Source of the DNA: a cyanobacterium endosymbiont of Epithemia turgida isolate EtSB Lake Yunoko
GTDB taxonomy: Bacteria; Cyanobacteriota; Cyanobacteriia; Cyanobacteriales; Microcystaceae
NCBI RefSeq assembly: GCF_000829235.1
Contig: NZ_AP012549.1
Coordinates: 1,800,001 to 1,832,000 of the forward strand
Length of the DNA stretch: 32,000 bases
Reading direction: 5' to 3'
The first letter of the stretch is position 1, and every line of letters starts with the position of its first letter. The notes below the pieces were generated by a model. That model saw nothing but the letters and a program-made list of their open reading frames with translations, searched no databases and was not told the origin of the DNA. This document shows, in pieces, positions 1-10,019 of the stretch. The translations under genes and the position numbers were made by a program.

Positions 1-126
1 CTAAGATGACTTAAAAGTTTACACACATCAATATTAACTATGTCAGAAAACTTGATCAAAGTGGAATATTACACTGGTGACTGACATAATCTTTTTGATT
101 AACCATTTATAGAGAAACACTAACCT

Positions 127-2013
127 ATGAAAATTTCTTGGAGAACTCTATTGCTCTGGAGTCTACTACTTTTAGTAGTAGGATTTTTTCTCTGGCAAGG
201 GAAATTTTTTTCCTTCGGGACCAATATAGAAAGCAATAACGCTAATGCTCGTATGACCTACGGAAGATTCTTAGAATATCTAGATTCGGGTCGTATTCTT
301 GAAGTTGACCTTTATGAAGGGGGGAGAACTGCAATTGTTCAAGCGGTTGATCCTGAATTAGAAAATCGAGTACAGCGATCACGGGTGGATTTGCCCATTA
401 ATACTCCTGATTTGATAGCCAAATTAAGAAAAGCAGAGGTTGACCTCGAATCCCATCCAGTTCGTAATGAAGGGGCTTTATGGGGATTTTTAGGAAACTT
501 ACTATTTCCCATTCTCTTGATTGGAGCATTATTCTTCCTCTTTCGTCGGTCTAATAATTTGCCAGGAGGCCCAGGTCAGGCAATGAGCTTTGGAAAATCC
601 CGTGCTCGTTTTCAAATGGAAGCTAAAACCGACATAATATTCGATGATGTAGCCGGTATCGACGAAGCTAAAGAAGAATTACAAGAGGTTGTTACCTTCC
701 TCAAACAACCTGAACGGTTTACAGCAGTCGGCGCACGAATTCCGAAAGGGGTTCTCCTAATTGGACCTCCTGGAACTGGGAAAACTTTGTTGGCAAAGGC
801 AATTGCAGGTGAAGCAGGGGTTCCTTTCTTCAGTATTTCTGGTTCAGAATTTGTAGAAATGTTCGTAGGAGTAGGTGCTTCTCGCGTCCGTGATTTATTC
901 AAAAAAGCCAAAGAAAATGCCCCTTGTTTAATCTTTATTGATGAAATTGATGCTGTTGGTCGTCAACGGGGCGCAGGTATCGGTGGTGGGAACGATGAAC
1001 GGGAACAAACTCTAAACCAATTGCTAACAGAAATGGACGGGTTTGAAGGCAATACAGGAATTATTATCATTGCAGCCACCAACCGTCCTGACGTCCTTGA
1101 CTCTGCCTTGATGCGTCCAGGTCGTTTTGACCGTCAGATCATTGTAGATGCCCCTGACTTCAAAGGCAGAATTGAAATCCTAGAAGTTCACTCCCGCAAT
1201 AAGAAACTCGATCCCGATGTGTCTATTGAGGCAATTGCCCGTCGTACCCCTGGGTTTAGTGGAGCAGATTTAGCCAACTTACTCAATGAAGCTGCCATTT
1301 TAACTGCCCGTCGTCGTAAGGAAACAATTACCTTGTTAGAAATTGACGATGCAGTTGATCGCGTCGTAGCTGGGATGGAGGGAACTCCCCTCGTCGATAG
1401 TAAGAATAAACGACTCATTGCCTACCATGAAGTGGGTCATGCGATTGTCGGAACTTTAGTTAAAGACCATGATCCCGTTCAGAAAGTCACTTTAATTCCT
1501 CGTGGTCAAGCGCAAGGGTTGACTTGGTTTACCCCTGGTGAAGAACAAGGGTTGACCACCAGAGCACAGCTCATGGCGCGTATTGCTGGAACGCTAGGAG
1601 GTCGTGCAGCCGAAGAAGAAGTCTTTGGTTATGATGAAACAACCACTGGTGCTGGTGGCGATTTACAGCAGGTTTCCGAGATGGCACGGCAAATGGTGAC
1701 TCGTTTTGGAATGAGTGACTTAGGACCTATCTCTTTGGAGAGTTCTTCTGGAGAGGTGTTCCTTGGAGGTGGGTTAATGAACCGTTCAGAATATTCTGAG
1801 GAAGTGGCTATGCGAATTGATCATCAAGTTCGGACTCTTGCTAAAGAGGGACATCAATTAGCACGGCAAATCATTAGAGATAACCGCGAAGTGATTGATC
1901 GCTTGGTAGAATTGTTAATCGAAAAAGAAACCATTGATGGTAAAGAATTTAGGCAAATTGTAGCTGAATATACTGAAGTTCCTGAAAAGGAAAAGTTTGT
2001 CGCTCAACTGTAA
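127..2013 (+). CDS. ftsH: ATP-dependent zinc metalloprotease FtsH
   Basis: 628-aa ORF. Two N-terminal hydrophobic segments. Walker A GPPGTGKT, Walker [33 protein letters not shown], zinc site HEVGHA. Confidence 0.97.
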   Translation: MKISWRTLLLWSLLLLVVGFFLWQGKFFSFGTNIESNNANARMTYGRFLEYLDSGRILEVDLYEGGRTAIVQAVDPELENRVQRSRVDLPINTPDLIAKLRKAEVDLESHPVRNEGALWGFLGNLLFPILLIGALFFLFRRSNNLPGGPGQAMSFGKSRARFQMEAKTDIIFDDVAGIDEAKEELQEVVTFLKQPERFTAVGARIPKGVLLIGPPGTGKTLLAKAIAGEAGVPFFSISGSEFVEMFVGVGASRVRDLFKKAKENAPCLIFIDEIDAVGRQRGAGIGGGNDEREQTLNQLLTEMDGFEGNTGIIIIAATNRPDVLDSALMRPGRFDRQIIVDAPDFKGRIEILEVHSRNKKLDPDVSIEAIARRTPGFSGADLANLLNEAAILTARRRKETITLLEIDDAVDRVVAGMEGTPLVDSKNKRLIAYHEVGHAIVGTLVKDHDPVQKVTLIPRGQAQGLTWFTPGEEQGLTTRAQLMARIAGTLGGRAAEEEVFGYDETTTGAGGDLQQVSEMARQMVTRFGMSDLGPISLESSSGEVFLGGGLMNRSEYSEEVAMRIDHQVRTLAKEGHQLARQIIRDNREVIDRLVELLIEKETIDGKEFRQIVAEYTEVPEKEKFVAQL

Positions 2014-2042
2014 TCAGTTTTAAGCAACTTTAAAAATAAAAT

Positions 2043-2072
2043 AGGAGACGCGATTACTCGAGTCTCTTTATT
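2043..2072 (+). terminator. Possible intrinsic terminator after ftsH
   Basis: 7-bp stem aggagac/gtctctt (one G-U), 30 nt after the ftsH stop. It is followed by a weak T-rich tail, ttattc. Confidence 0.4.
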
Positions 2073-2404
2073 CAGTCATTAATAAAAAGTTTAATTGCTA
2101 TAAAAATTGTCAAAAATTAATTTTAACTATTCTAGTAGAGTTGTAATAAAGTAATAACAAAAGAGCTGAAAGTATTCATTTATAAAACTTATAAAAGTTT
2201 AAAATCTCTATTTTTAGTAAAGTCAAGTTCTTTAAATAATAAAATACAGTTGATAATAAAAATCATAGAAATTATTAGCTATATAACTTAATACACTTAG
2301 TTTAGAAGCTCCTTATTCTTTTTATTTTTCTCGCGGAAAGAGTTCATCATTACTTATGGATTTTTTATATTAATAATGAACCCTTTATTTTGAACTAAAA
2401 TAGC

Positions 2405-3025
2405 CTAATCGATGATGGCATTAAGTAGCACATCAGTTAAGGGCATACATTTCATATCATCCACCGTTACTGTATTGACAATACCAAACTTAGCCCCTGC
2501 TGTTTCTAGTTCATTCTCTAACGCTTTAAAGAATGTGGTTACTTTTGTATCACGACCAACTTGAATTAGAGAAATCGCTAATTCTTCCCTACGATCAATT
2601 TTTTGGGATGCCTCGACAATGACTCGAATAACCGCTTTGCGATCAGTAGGTTCCCCATCGGTGATAACAAGAAAAGTTTCCCCATTAGGTTGGGTTTTAT
2701 CTGCAGCTGTACGCTCAAAATAGTTATCAAGTCCATTTTGGAGCACTTTAGCCAAGTTTGTTTGTCCCATCGGTTCGTTTTCTGCATAAATTTTAGTAAC
2801 CTTATCTGGGGTCACATTCTCGTATCTTCTAAACCGACCGGAGAAAAGATAAACTGTGATCCCAGCAGAATTAATTTCTTCACATTTCTTAGCCAAGGCG
2901 TAAGCAGTTCTCTGGGCAATTTCCCAACGATTCTGTCCACTGGTGTCATCAGAGGTAGCCATACTGGCACTTTTGTCGATAATCAAAGTATAGTTCCGAT
3001 TTTCTCTAATTGAGTCTCCTGACAT
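2405..3025 (-). CDS. von Willebrand factor type A (vWA) domain protein, TerY-like size
   Basis: 206-aa ORF. MIDAS residues are readable: DKSAS (DxSxS), GQTN, VITDGEP. A strong SD (AGGAGG) lies about 9 nt upstream of the ATG on the minus strand. Confidence 0.85.
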   Translation of the reverse strand: MSGDSIRENRNYTLIIDKSASMATSDDTSGQNRWEIAQRTAYALAKKCEEINSAGITVYLFSGRFRRYENVTPDKVTKIYAENEPMGQTNLAKVLQNGLDNYFERTAADKTQPNGETFLVITDGEPTDRKAVIRVIVEASQKIDRREELAISLIQVGRDTKVTTFFKALENELETAGAKFGIVNTVTVDDMKCMPLTDVLLNAIID

Positions 3026-3309
3026 AAGGAAATAACCTCCTAGTATTTATCATTAGCTTTTGCTTTACAGCCTATTATGACACTTGAGTATTTTCTCTAA
3101 AAATCCTGAATTTCATCAGAATTGATCTTGGACAACTATCAAAATTAACTTTTATGTTTAACTTGAAAGCATTAGCAATATAAGTCATGTTCTCTGAACA
3201 TATAAAATACAAATTGTAAAGGGATATTGCAAGATTTTATAAAAATCTTTAAATAGTAAGCTCAATCTAAATCCTCGCATTAAGGTGGAGTAAAACATCA
3301 ACAGAAGAT

Positions 3310-3621
3310 TTGCACCGGATTTCAATAATGGATAAAGAAGCTCAAAATTATCGTGTGGTGTGTACCCTTGAGGACATTTACGGTCAGATTATCATTTGGT
3401 TAATTGTTATTGTCCTCACCTTAGTTGGTACTTTAGGGCTGTGGAGTGGTACTCGTCAGATTCATGCTTTGTCCATGGTGGGATTTGCTTTAGTATTATC
3501 TTTGCCATTTTTGCTGTTTGGATTTTTAACTACTTTGCTCGACCATATTAAGTTTACGCCTATGGAAGCAGCACAAAACACTCGCTCATCTTCAAGCGGA
3601 AGCATTAAACCAGCCAATTAA
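3310..3621 (+). CDS. Small hypothetical membrane protein (two predicted TM helices)
   Basis: 103-codon ORF from TTG. An in-frame ATG at 3328 is the more likely start. Two long hydrophobic stretches (IIIWLIVIVLTLVGTLGLW and LSMVGFALVLSLPFLLFGFLTTLL). No recognisable domain. Confidence 0.45.
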   Translation: MHRISIMDKEAQNYRVVCTLEDIYGQIIIWLIVIVLTLVGTLGLWSGTRQIHALSMVGFALVLSLPFLLFGFLTTLLDHIKFTPMEAAQNTRSSSSGSIKPAN

Positions 3622-3640
3622 AAGTCTCCAGAAACTAGTA

Positions 3641-3664
3641 GTCAATCTCCTTAAGGAGATTGAC
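3641..3664 (+). terminator. Perfect 24-bp palindrome / hairpin 20 nt after the small ORF
   Basis: gtcaatctcctt|aaggagattgac is perfectly self-complementary. No U-tract follows, so terminator function is uncertain. It could equally be a protein-binding palindrome. Confidence 0.35.
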
Positions 3665-3992
3665 AGAATATGTCAAAACATGGTGGGGTGAGGATACTGG
3701 GTATGTAAAATTTCTCTCTGGTTTATCTTTGTATTTATTGCATAGCCCCTAAGAAATCAAAACAGACAGTTTTTGTTTATCTTAATAGATTTACAATTCA
3801 TTGTCGAGGAGAATGAAAGTGTTCGAAAGACCTTGATAGCAGCCTTCTTGATCTTTTTTATTTTAAAGTTGAGAAAGACAGAGGTTGTTAAACTTAGGAA
3901 TCTTATCTCGGTGTGGTGTTTAGAAGAAGTATCTTGAGGAGTTAGGCGAGTAAAGTCGCTGAGGAGTTTTTTATGGACATTAGGTAAAAAAT

Positions 3993-4373
3993 ATGAATCT
4001 TCGTAAGAGTTTAACTCACTCAATAAAAATTTGCATGGGGATATTTATTTTTGGAATAGGTACAATATCAAGTTCTATGTCTACGCTTGCTCAAGAGGAA
4101 ATTATCACTGACCCTAAACCCCTCGAGATACATACCGGAACTATTCAAGATTTAGACGGAACTGAGTCAAAAACACGCGAGGAATGGTTGGGGGGTGTTG
4201 GCGGGAGATATGCAGCCACGGAGGAAACCCGTGGAGAACTGACTCAATATCAATTTGACCGAACCGCTTACGAAGCTAAAATAGAAGCTCTTGATATCAC
4301 CTTAGAAGAACATGATTTCCATTTAGGAGATGTGGAACGTCCGACACGAAGAATTCCTCTAATTCAATTTTAA
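3993..4373 (+). CDS. Hypothetical secreted acidic protein
   Basis: 126-aa ORF with an ATG start. N-terminal signal-peptide-like segment (basic N-region, hydrophobic core GIFIFGIGTISS, TLA-QE). The remainder is acidic and non-repetitive. Confidence 0.5.
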   Translation: MNLRKSLTHSIKICMGIFIFGIGTISSSMSTLAQEEIITDPKPLEIHTGTIQDLDGTESKTREEWLGGVGGRYAATEETRGELTQYQFDRTAYEAKIEALDITLEEHDFHLGDVERPTRRIPLIQF

Positions 4374-4413
4374 AGTTATATTGGTCGTTTTTAAAATCTC
4401 GTTCTTTGGGGCG

Positions 4414-4462
4414 AATAGTTTTTGTAGCGGGGCTAAATTAAATCCCCGTTACAAAAACTATT
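4414..4462 (+). terminator. Long stem-loop downstream of the 126-aa ORF
   Basis: 19-bp stem aatagtttttgtagcgggg / ccccgttacaaaaactatt with an 11-nt loop. The single non-Watson-Crick pair is G-U on the + strand RNA and would be C-A on the minus strand, which favours function in + transcripts. The U-tract is weak. Confidence 0.45.
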
Positions 4463-6303
4463 TCTAGGTTAGTGACTTACTTAGTGTTGTCTTGATAGCT
4501 TAAAGATGATCGCTTTTTGTTAAAGTAAAATTTTTAGGCTGGGCTTTGACAGATAGCTAATAATATTTCCCAACAGCTTTGATGGTCAAGATGTTAATGA
4601 CAGTTCGATTAATTTAAAATTCACTGTACATAAGTATTACTATTAGGACCTAGAAAATAACGATAATGGTAACTAATTAAGTCTAATTGATTAGATTTTT
4701 TTCAATAATTTTTGCTAATTGGTTGACTTTAAGAGTTATGTATTGAAAAATTAAGCCAAGTGTGAATTCTCTAGAATGGATAAATCAAACACCACATATA
4801 GAGCTACCTCAAAATTATCAAATAATTACCAAATAGATTGAACAATAAGGGGAATAAATTTGATTATACTGAATTTATAATGTGGAATTAACTAGTGAAA
4901 TGTCAAGTTAATAAACTTCACAGTTAAAAATTAACAAAATTCCTAAATTCATAGGTTCTTCTTTTGACTGACTGTAATTTATTCTGAATATTGTCTATTT
5001 TTACCAAGTAAAAATAGACAATAGTTATTACACAGCTTTTTGAGGAAAAAATATAACTTTTTAAATACCAAGTAGCTAATTTTATTAGCCCCGATGATAT
5101 CTAGTTTTAATTTTGTTCAGAATAATTTATGAATTATTCTTGTATTTAATCGATGGTTTTTAAATAAAAAATTAATTTTTTATACACTTAGTTTAATTTG
5201 ACTTTGTGTTTTTTCTTTAAATATTCTTGGTTATTTACAAAAATATATTTTTTATTTTTAATTAGTATTTTTAAACTCTTTAAGTTTTTATTTAAGGAGT
5301 TTTTACTAGACTCAAACTAATATTTTTCATCTAATAAAAAACTTTTTTTCTTAAATTTTTAGTTGTTTTACTATTTATCTAAATTCACTAGAACTATATA
5401 ATAACTTTTGAAAGTTACAGTAATTTTATTAATTGCTAATAGTTTTAATATTTGATTTTTTTATCTGTAATTTTTGACTTAAATTTTTTAGTGTTGTTTT
5501 TATTTATTGTTTACTCACTTTATTTTTTTTAACTACATTTTTAATATCCCCGTTTAATATTTATTTAATATTTTTTGTCTTAAATCTTTCAGTCTATATT
5601 TTTTTATAAGTTAGCTCAACTCTTATGTAGGTTTATTTCTATATTGATTAGATTTCATTTAACGTAGCTTCTAAACTCGATTATTATCAGAATAACTCTT
5701 AAATATCTTATCAAATAAATTTGACTATTTTGGTTAATACTGCTCACCTATGTTCTGAGATAAGTATTTCTTGTGTTTTCATTTAAAAATATCTGACCTT
5801 AATAGATTCAATTTACCTTGTAAAGAAACTGATGACATTTATTAAATTTGTTGTAAAGAGAGAACAAAAAATTAAGGCATAATAGAAAACATGAAAAATA
5901 GTGAATATTTACAATTTATTCTAAAATTAGTGTTAATATAATTACTTTAATATTTGGTATTTCATATCCAGTTTCTGGTAGGTTTATTCATATTTTTACC
6001 AATTTGACGCTAATTTTTAAGAGAAAGTATTATATATTTTTACAAATAAATCTAGAATTACTGGAATGGTTTTACGGCAGTTAGAGTTTATTGTTAGTTT
6101 TAGAAAAAATCCTAAAAGGCTTACATTTAGAAAGATTATAAACGTTTTATCTGGGGTAGTTTAAGTTAAAACATAAAACTTACTGGCATACTATGTAAGT
6201 AAAAATCATAGCTTTTAATCAACTCATTATTTACAATAGAACTTTTTTTATATTGAAATCTTTACTTGTCATGTAAAGATTAAGAGTATTGATTTAAGCT
6301 TAA

Positions 6304-7974
6304 CTAAGTAGGTGGATGACTATTTTTGTCAGAAGAATCATGAGTGAACCAAAGTTTTTGTTGACGTATAGGAAGGGGTAGACCTTGGCTATCAAAAGCT
6401 ACTTTTAAACGACGGCGAAACTCCCGCGAAACATTCCATTGTTTAAGGGGTCTAGTTTTAATCCAAACTCGAATAATTAACCCCCATTCTTCAAAATTAT
6501 CTACTCCCAAAATCTCAGGATTATCTAAAATATCGGTTTTCCAAAATTTATCTTGAGTCATCTTTTGAGCAACTTCATCAACTACCTTCAATGCTTGATC
6601 TATATCAGTTTCATAGGCAATTGGTATCATTAAATCAGCCCTAGACCACTTACTAGAAAGATTAGCAACAATTCTAACTTCACTATTAGGAACAGTAACC
6701 AATCTTCCTGCTGGATCACGAAGTTGAGTAATTCTTAAATTAATATTTTCTACCAAACCAGAAAAATCTCCAACCTGAATAACATCTCCTATTGCATATT
6801 GATCTTCAATAATAATAAAAAACCCATTAATTGCATCCCTAATTAAGTTTTGAGAGGCCAAGGAAACGCCTACACCAAAAATCCCAACCCCTGCTAATAA
6901 AGGAGCAATGTTAATTCCAATCGCTGATAAAGCAACAAGAATTCCTATTACCATTAAGATAATAGTAATAATACTGCGAGAAACAAGAGAAATTGTTGTC
7001 AATCGTAAGTGTAATCTCGGATTCGATTCAACGGCTCCGGCTAGTAAATCTTGATTGAATAAAATAGAACTGAATTTATCAATGAGAGCATAACTTATAC
7101 GAATTATTAAATAGGTTACTAAACTTACTATTCCTATTCTAATTGGGATTCTCAAAAAAGTAATCAGCCAGATTTTTCCAATGCGTGTATAGGGGAATAG
7201 TCCGATAATTACTAACACTCCGGCAAACCATATTCCTCCTTGAGTAATCTGTAAAAGTCGGTATTGAACTTCTTTGATATTCCATTGTTCTCGCCGAATT
7301 AAAAGAGTAGAAATTGGCTGACCACTTCTAGATTTGGAAACTCTATCTTTAGAAGAACTTAACTGTTTTATTAGTCCAGATAGAAGAAGATTCGTAATCA
7401 GCAATGACCCCACAATAGCCACCGATATAAGCCCTTTTTGAACCAAGTAAATGCTTTCTCGCTCTTTCTTACCACGTTTTAATCCCTGTTCCAACTGCTC
7501 AATTATAAAGTTAGCCTTCGTTGCTATGTCAACTCCTTCATTCTGCACATCTAAAGTTGTAACAGTCATCAGGCGGATTTCTTGTCCATCAATAGTTACA
7601 CTAATATTAGGAAGATTGTTTATCGTTTTTCTTTCAATTATAGCTTCGGGATCTTTTTGGGCAAAGTAAAGATAACTAATTTCTTTTAAGCGGTCTTGAA
7701 TAAGACCAACTCTTTCAGAAACATTCTCTTGTGGTGCAGTGACTTGAAACAGACAAATTCCATCGAGTCTAATACAAACAGATACCTCAGCATTCTTCTC
7801 AGACTGAGGCAACCAATTATTGGTGTTGATCAAATCAGGAAAAACAAAAACTTGAGCTTTAACAGGTAATGTAACAAGACAAATAAGAAGAATCCCTAGT
7901 AACACATTAACCGACTTTTTTCGTAAAATCTTTTTTGCTAATATTGCAAACTTTTCAATTTTATTTAGATGCAT
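6304..7974 (-). CDS. Mechanosensitive ion channel, MscS family, with long N-terminal extension
   Basis: 556-aa ORF. Signal/TM segment, several TM helices, then an MscS-type beta domain (IAIGDVIQVGDFSGLVENINLRITQLRDPAGRLVTVPNSEV). Confidence 0.85.
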   Translation of the reverse strand: MHLNKIEKFAILAKKILRKKSVNVLLGILLICLVTLPVKAQVFVFPDLINTNNWLPQSEKNAEVSVCIRLDGICLFQVTAPQENVSERVGLIQDRLKEISYLYFAQKDPEAIIERKTINNLPNISVTIDGQEIRLMTVTTLDVQNEGVDIATKANFIIEQLEQGLKRGKKERESIYLVQKGLISVAIVGSLLITNLLLSGLIKQLSSSKDRVSKSRSGQPISTLLIRREQWNIKEVQYRLLQITQGGIWFAGVLVIIGLFPYTRIGKIWLITFLRIPIRIGIVSLVTYLIIRISYALIDKFSSILFNQDLLAGAVESNPRLHLRLTTISLVSRSIITIILMVIGILVALSAIGINIAPLLAGVGIFGVGVSLASQNLIRDAINGFFIIIEDQYAIGDVIQVGDFSGLVENINLRITQLRDPAGRLVTVPNSEVRIVANLSSKWSRADLMIPIAYETDIDQALKVVDEVAQKMTQDKFWKTDILDNPEILGVDNFEEWGLIIRVWIKTRPLKQWNVSREFRRRLKVAFDSQGLPLPIRQQKLWFTHDSSDKNSHPPT

Positions 7975-8430
7975 ATTAATTATGTAGTTACTAATAAAGT
8001 AAGATATTCTTGTGAGTAAAAATAATCAATAGCTACAACAACTAATTTCGTAAGACAATTGAAAAAAAATGTTAAAAGTCAAAAGTACACACAAACCAAG
8101 AACGAGTTAGTTCTTCTATACTGTGCATCACAAATCAGCAGCTAATCATTTCTTGGCTTAATTATCCTGACTGTACACTGTCACTTCGAAAACTTGAACT
8201 TAACTTTATTCAATTAAATGAAAGTTAAGTCGTTATAATTTTGGAAGATTTTCAATAAGAGACTTTTTGTATTTTATTGTTATCAGTCATCTATCACAGT
8301 GATCCTATCACAGCTAATCCAGGAGAGCCAATAAATTTAAAGATAAATATTCGTGGTGAATCGTCATTCCAGAGACCTCGCCTTTGGATGATAAGCTGAC
8401 AGGTGCACCAAAATTATTAGAGAAGCTACG

Positions 8431-9501
8431 ATGACTCAAGCAACAGAAATACCGTATTTACTCCGTGCAGCGCGGGGCGAGGTTTTGGAACGTCCCCCTG
8501 TCTGGATGATGCGGCAAGCAGGACGTTATATGAAAGTTTATCGGGACTTACGGGATAAATATCCTAGTTTTCGTGATAGATCAGAAAATGCTGAGTTAGC
8601 AATTGAAATTTCCCTACAACCCTGGCGAGCATTTCGACCTGATGGAATCATCATGTTCTCTGATATTTTAACCCCTCTCCCTGGACTGGGTATTCCCTTC
8701 GAGATTCCTGAAAGTAAGGGACCGATGATTGATTCTCCAATTCGGACTCAACAACAAATTGATAACCTCCATCCCTTTGAGCCTGAAACCTCTCTACCTT
8801 TTATTAAACCTATTTTGCAAGCCTTACGGCAAGAAGTGGGTAATCAATCAACGGTTTTGGGATTTGTAGGTGGACCTTGGACTTTAGCCGCTTATGCCAT
8901 TGAAGGAAAAAGTTCTAAAAATTATGCCATTATCAAGGCTATGGCTTTTTCTAAACCGTCTATCCTCCATCAATTTTTGAGTAAAATAGCTAATGCAATC
9001 GCCATCTATATTTGTTATCAAATCGACTGTGGAGCGCAGGTAGTGCAATTGTTCGACTCTTGGGCAGGACAATTAACCCCCCAAGATTATGAAGTGTTCG
9101 CCCTCCCCTATCAACAACAGATAGTACGTCAAGTAAAACAGACCCATCCTAATACGCCTCTCATTCTTTACGTTAGCGGCAGTGCAGGGGTTCTCGAACG
9201 GATGCTAAAGTCAGGGGTAGATGTAGTCAGTATAGATTGGACTTTGGATATGGCTGAAGCCAGACAACGGTTAGGGTTTAATATTAAAGTACAGGGCAAT
9301 ATTGATCCTGGGGTTTTATTTGGATCTAAAGAATTTATCCATAGTCGTATCCTTGATACAATTCGTAAAGCAGGAAAAGTTGGCCATATTTTAAATTTAG
9401 GACATGGCGTTTTAGTTGGAACCCCTGAAGATAATGTGCGTTACTTTTTTGAAACCGCTAAACAAGTCGATATCGAGCAGTTATCAGCTGTTCCAATTTA
9501 A
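8431..9501 (+). CDS. hemE: Uroporphyrinogen decarboxylase
   Basis: 356-aa ORF. N-terminal signature [13 protein letters not shown]. Length and overall pattern are typical of HemE. Confidence 0.96.
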   Translation: MTQATEIPYLLRAARGEVLERPPVWMMRQAGRYMKVYRDLRDKYPSFRDRSENAELAIEISLQPWRAFRPDGIIMFSDILTPLPGLGIPFEIPESKGPMIDSPIRTQQQIDNLHPFEPETSLPFIKPILQALRQEVGNQSTVLGFVGGPWTLAAYAIEGKSSKNYAIIKAMAFSKPSILHQFLSKIANAIAIYICYQIDCGAQVVQLFDSWAGQLTPQDYEVFALPYQQQIVRQVKQTHPNTPLILYVSGSAGVLERMLKSGVDVVSIDWTLDMAEARQRLGFNIKVQGNIDPGVLFGSKEFIHSRILDTIRKAGKVGHILNLGHGVLVGTPEDNVRYFFETAKQVDIEQLSAVPI

Positions 9502-10019
9502 TTGTTAAGTTTGTCTATCCCTTATTAAGTTTCCTGTAAACAAGGCCTACGTATTCTAGTCATAAGACTTAGTTTAACTGTCTTTAGGCAGAGTAAAAAC
9601 TATGCTACTATCGGGATATAGTAGTGCACTCAAGGTGTTTATTAGTGTTTCTTAAGTAAAAATTTGTCAGATTCTGTGCTTAAAATGGCTGGCAGATTTA
9701 TTCTGAGACGTTTTCCAAAATAGATAATCCCCTGGGGCTGCTGTGCTTACTTCGATAGATCAACATTAATAGCATGGTTAACGCGTTAAGCCGGGCTGTT
9801 AATGTTGCTCTGAAAAGGGTGTACATTGAGTGTGCAGTCTACTGTAGAGCAATCGGTGGATTTTAAACTAAAATGTTTAATATTTGTGGATTGGGTCTAG
9901 CGGAGGCATAGTTTGAGAAAATTATGCTTTGTGGGAGTGTCAAAATCAATTGACACTAGTGAGGTAGATTGTAAATTTCTTTTCCCTCAAGGTTAACAGT
10001 CGATTACAAGATTATACCG

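Noticed and set aside
612-1418. ORFs 612-911 (-) and 1188-1418 (-) inside ftsH
   Set aside because: They are antisense to a well-supported conserved gene. Their Ser/Pro/Thr/Ala-rich composition is typical of shadow frames.
2578-3013. ORFs 2578-2787 (-) and 2603-3013 (+) overlapping the vWA gene
   Set aside because: They are alternative or antisense frames of the vWA CDS. They have no motifs, and the vWA frame carries the MIDAS residues.
3757-4023. 88-aa ORF on the minus strand
   Set aside because: It overlaps the start of the better-supported 3993-4373 ORF. It is low-complexity and Lys/Ser/Phe-rich, with no SD or motif.
7451-7669. 72-aa ORF antisense to the mscS-family gene
   Set aside because: Shadow ORF inside a conserved membrane protein gene.
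8884-9072. 62-aa ORF antisense to hemE
   Set aside because: Shadow ORF.
9660-9740. CTGAGA box and GGGG/CCCC segments that briefly suggested a TPP riboswitch
   Set aside because: The order of elements is wrong and the pyrimidine-sensing helix consensus is absent. The downstream gene is an epimerase, not a thi gene.
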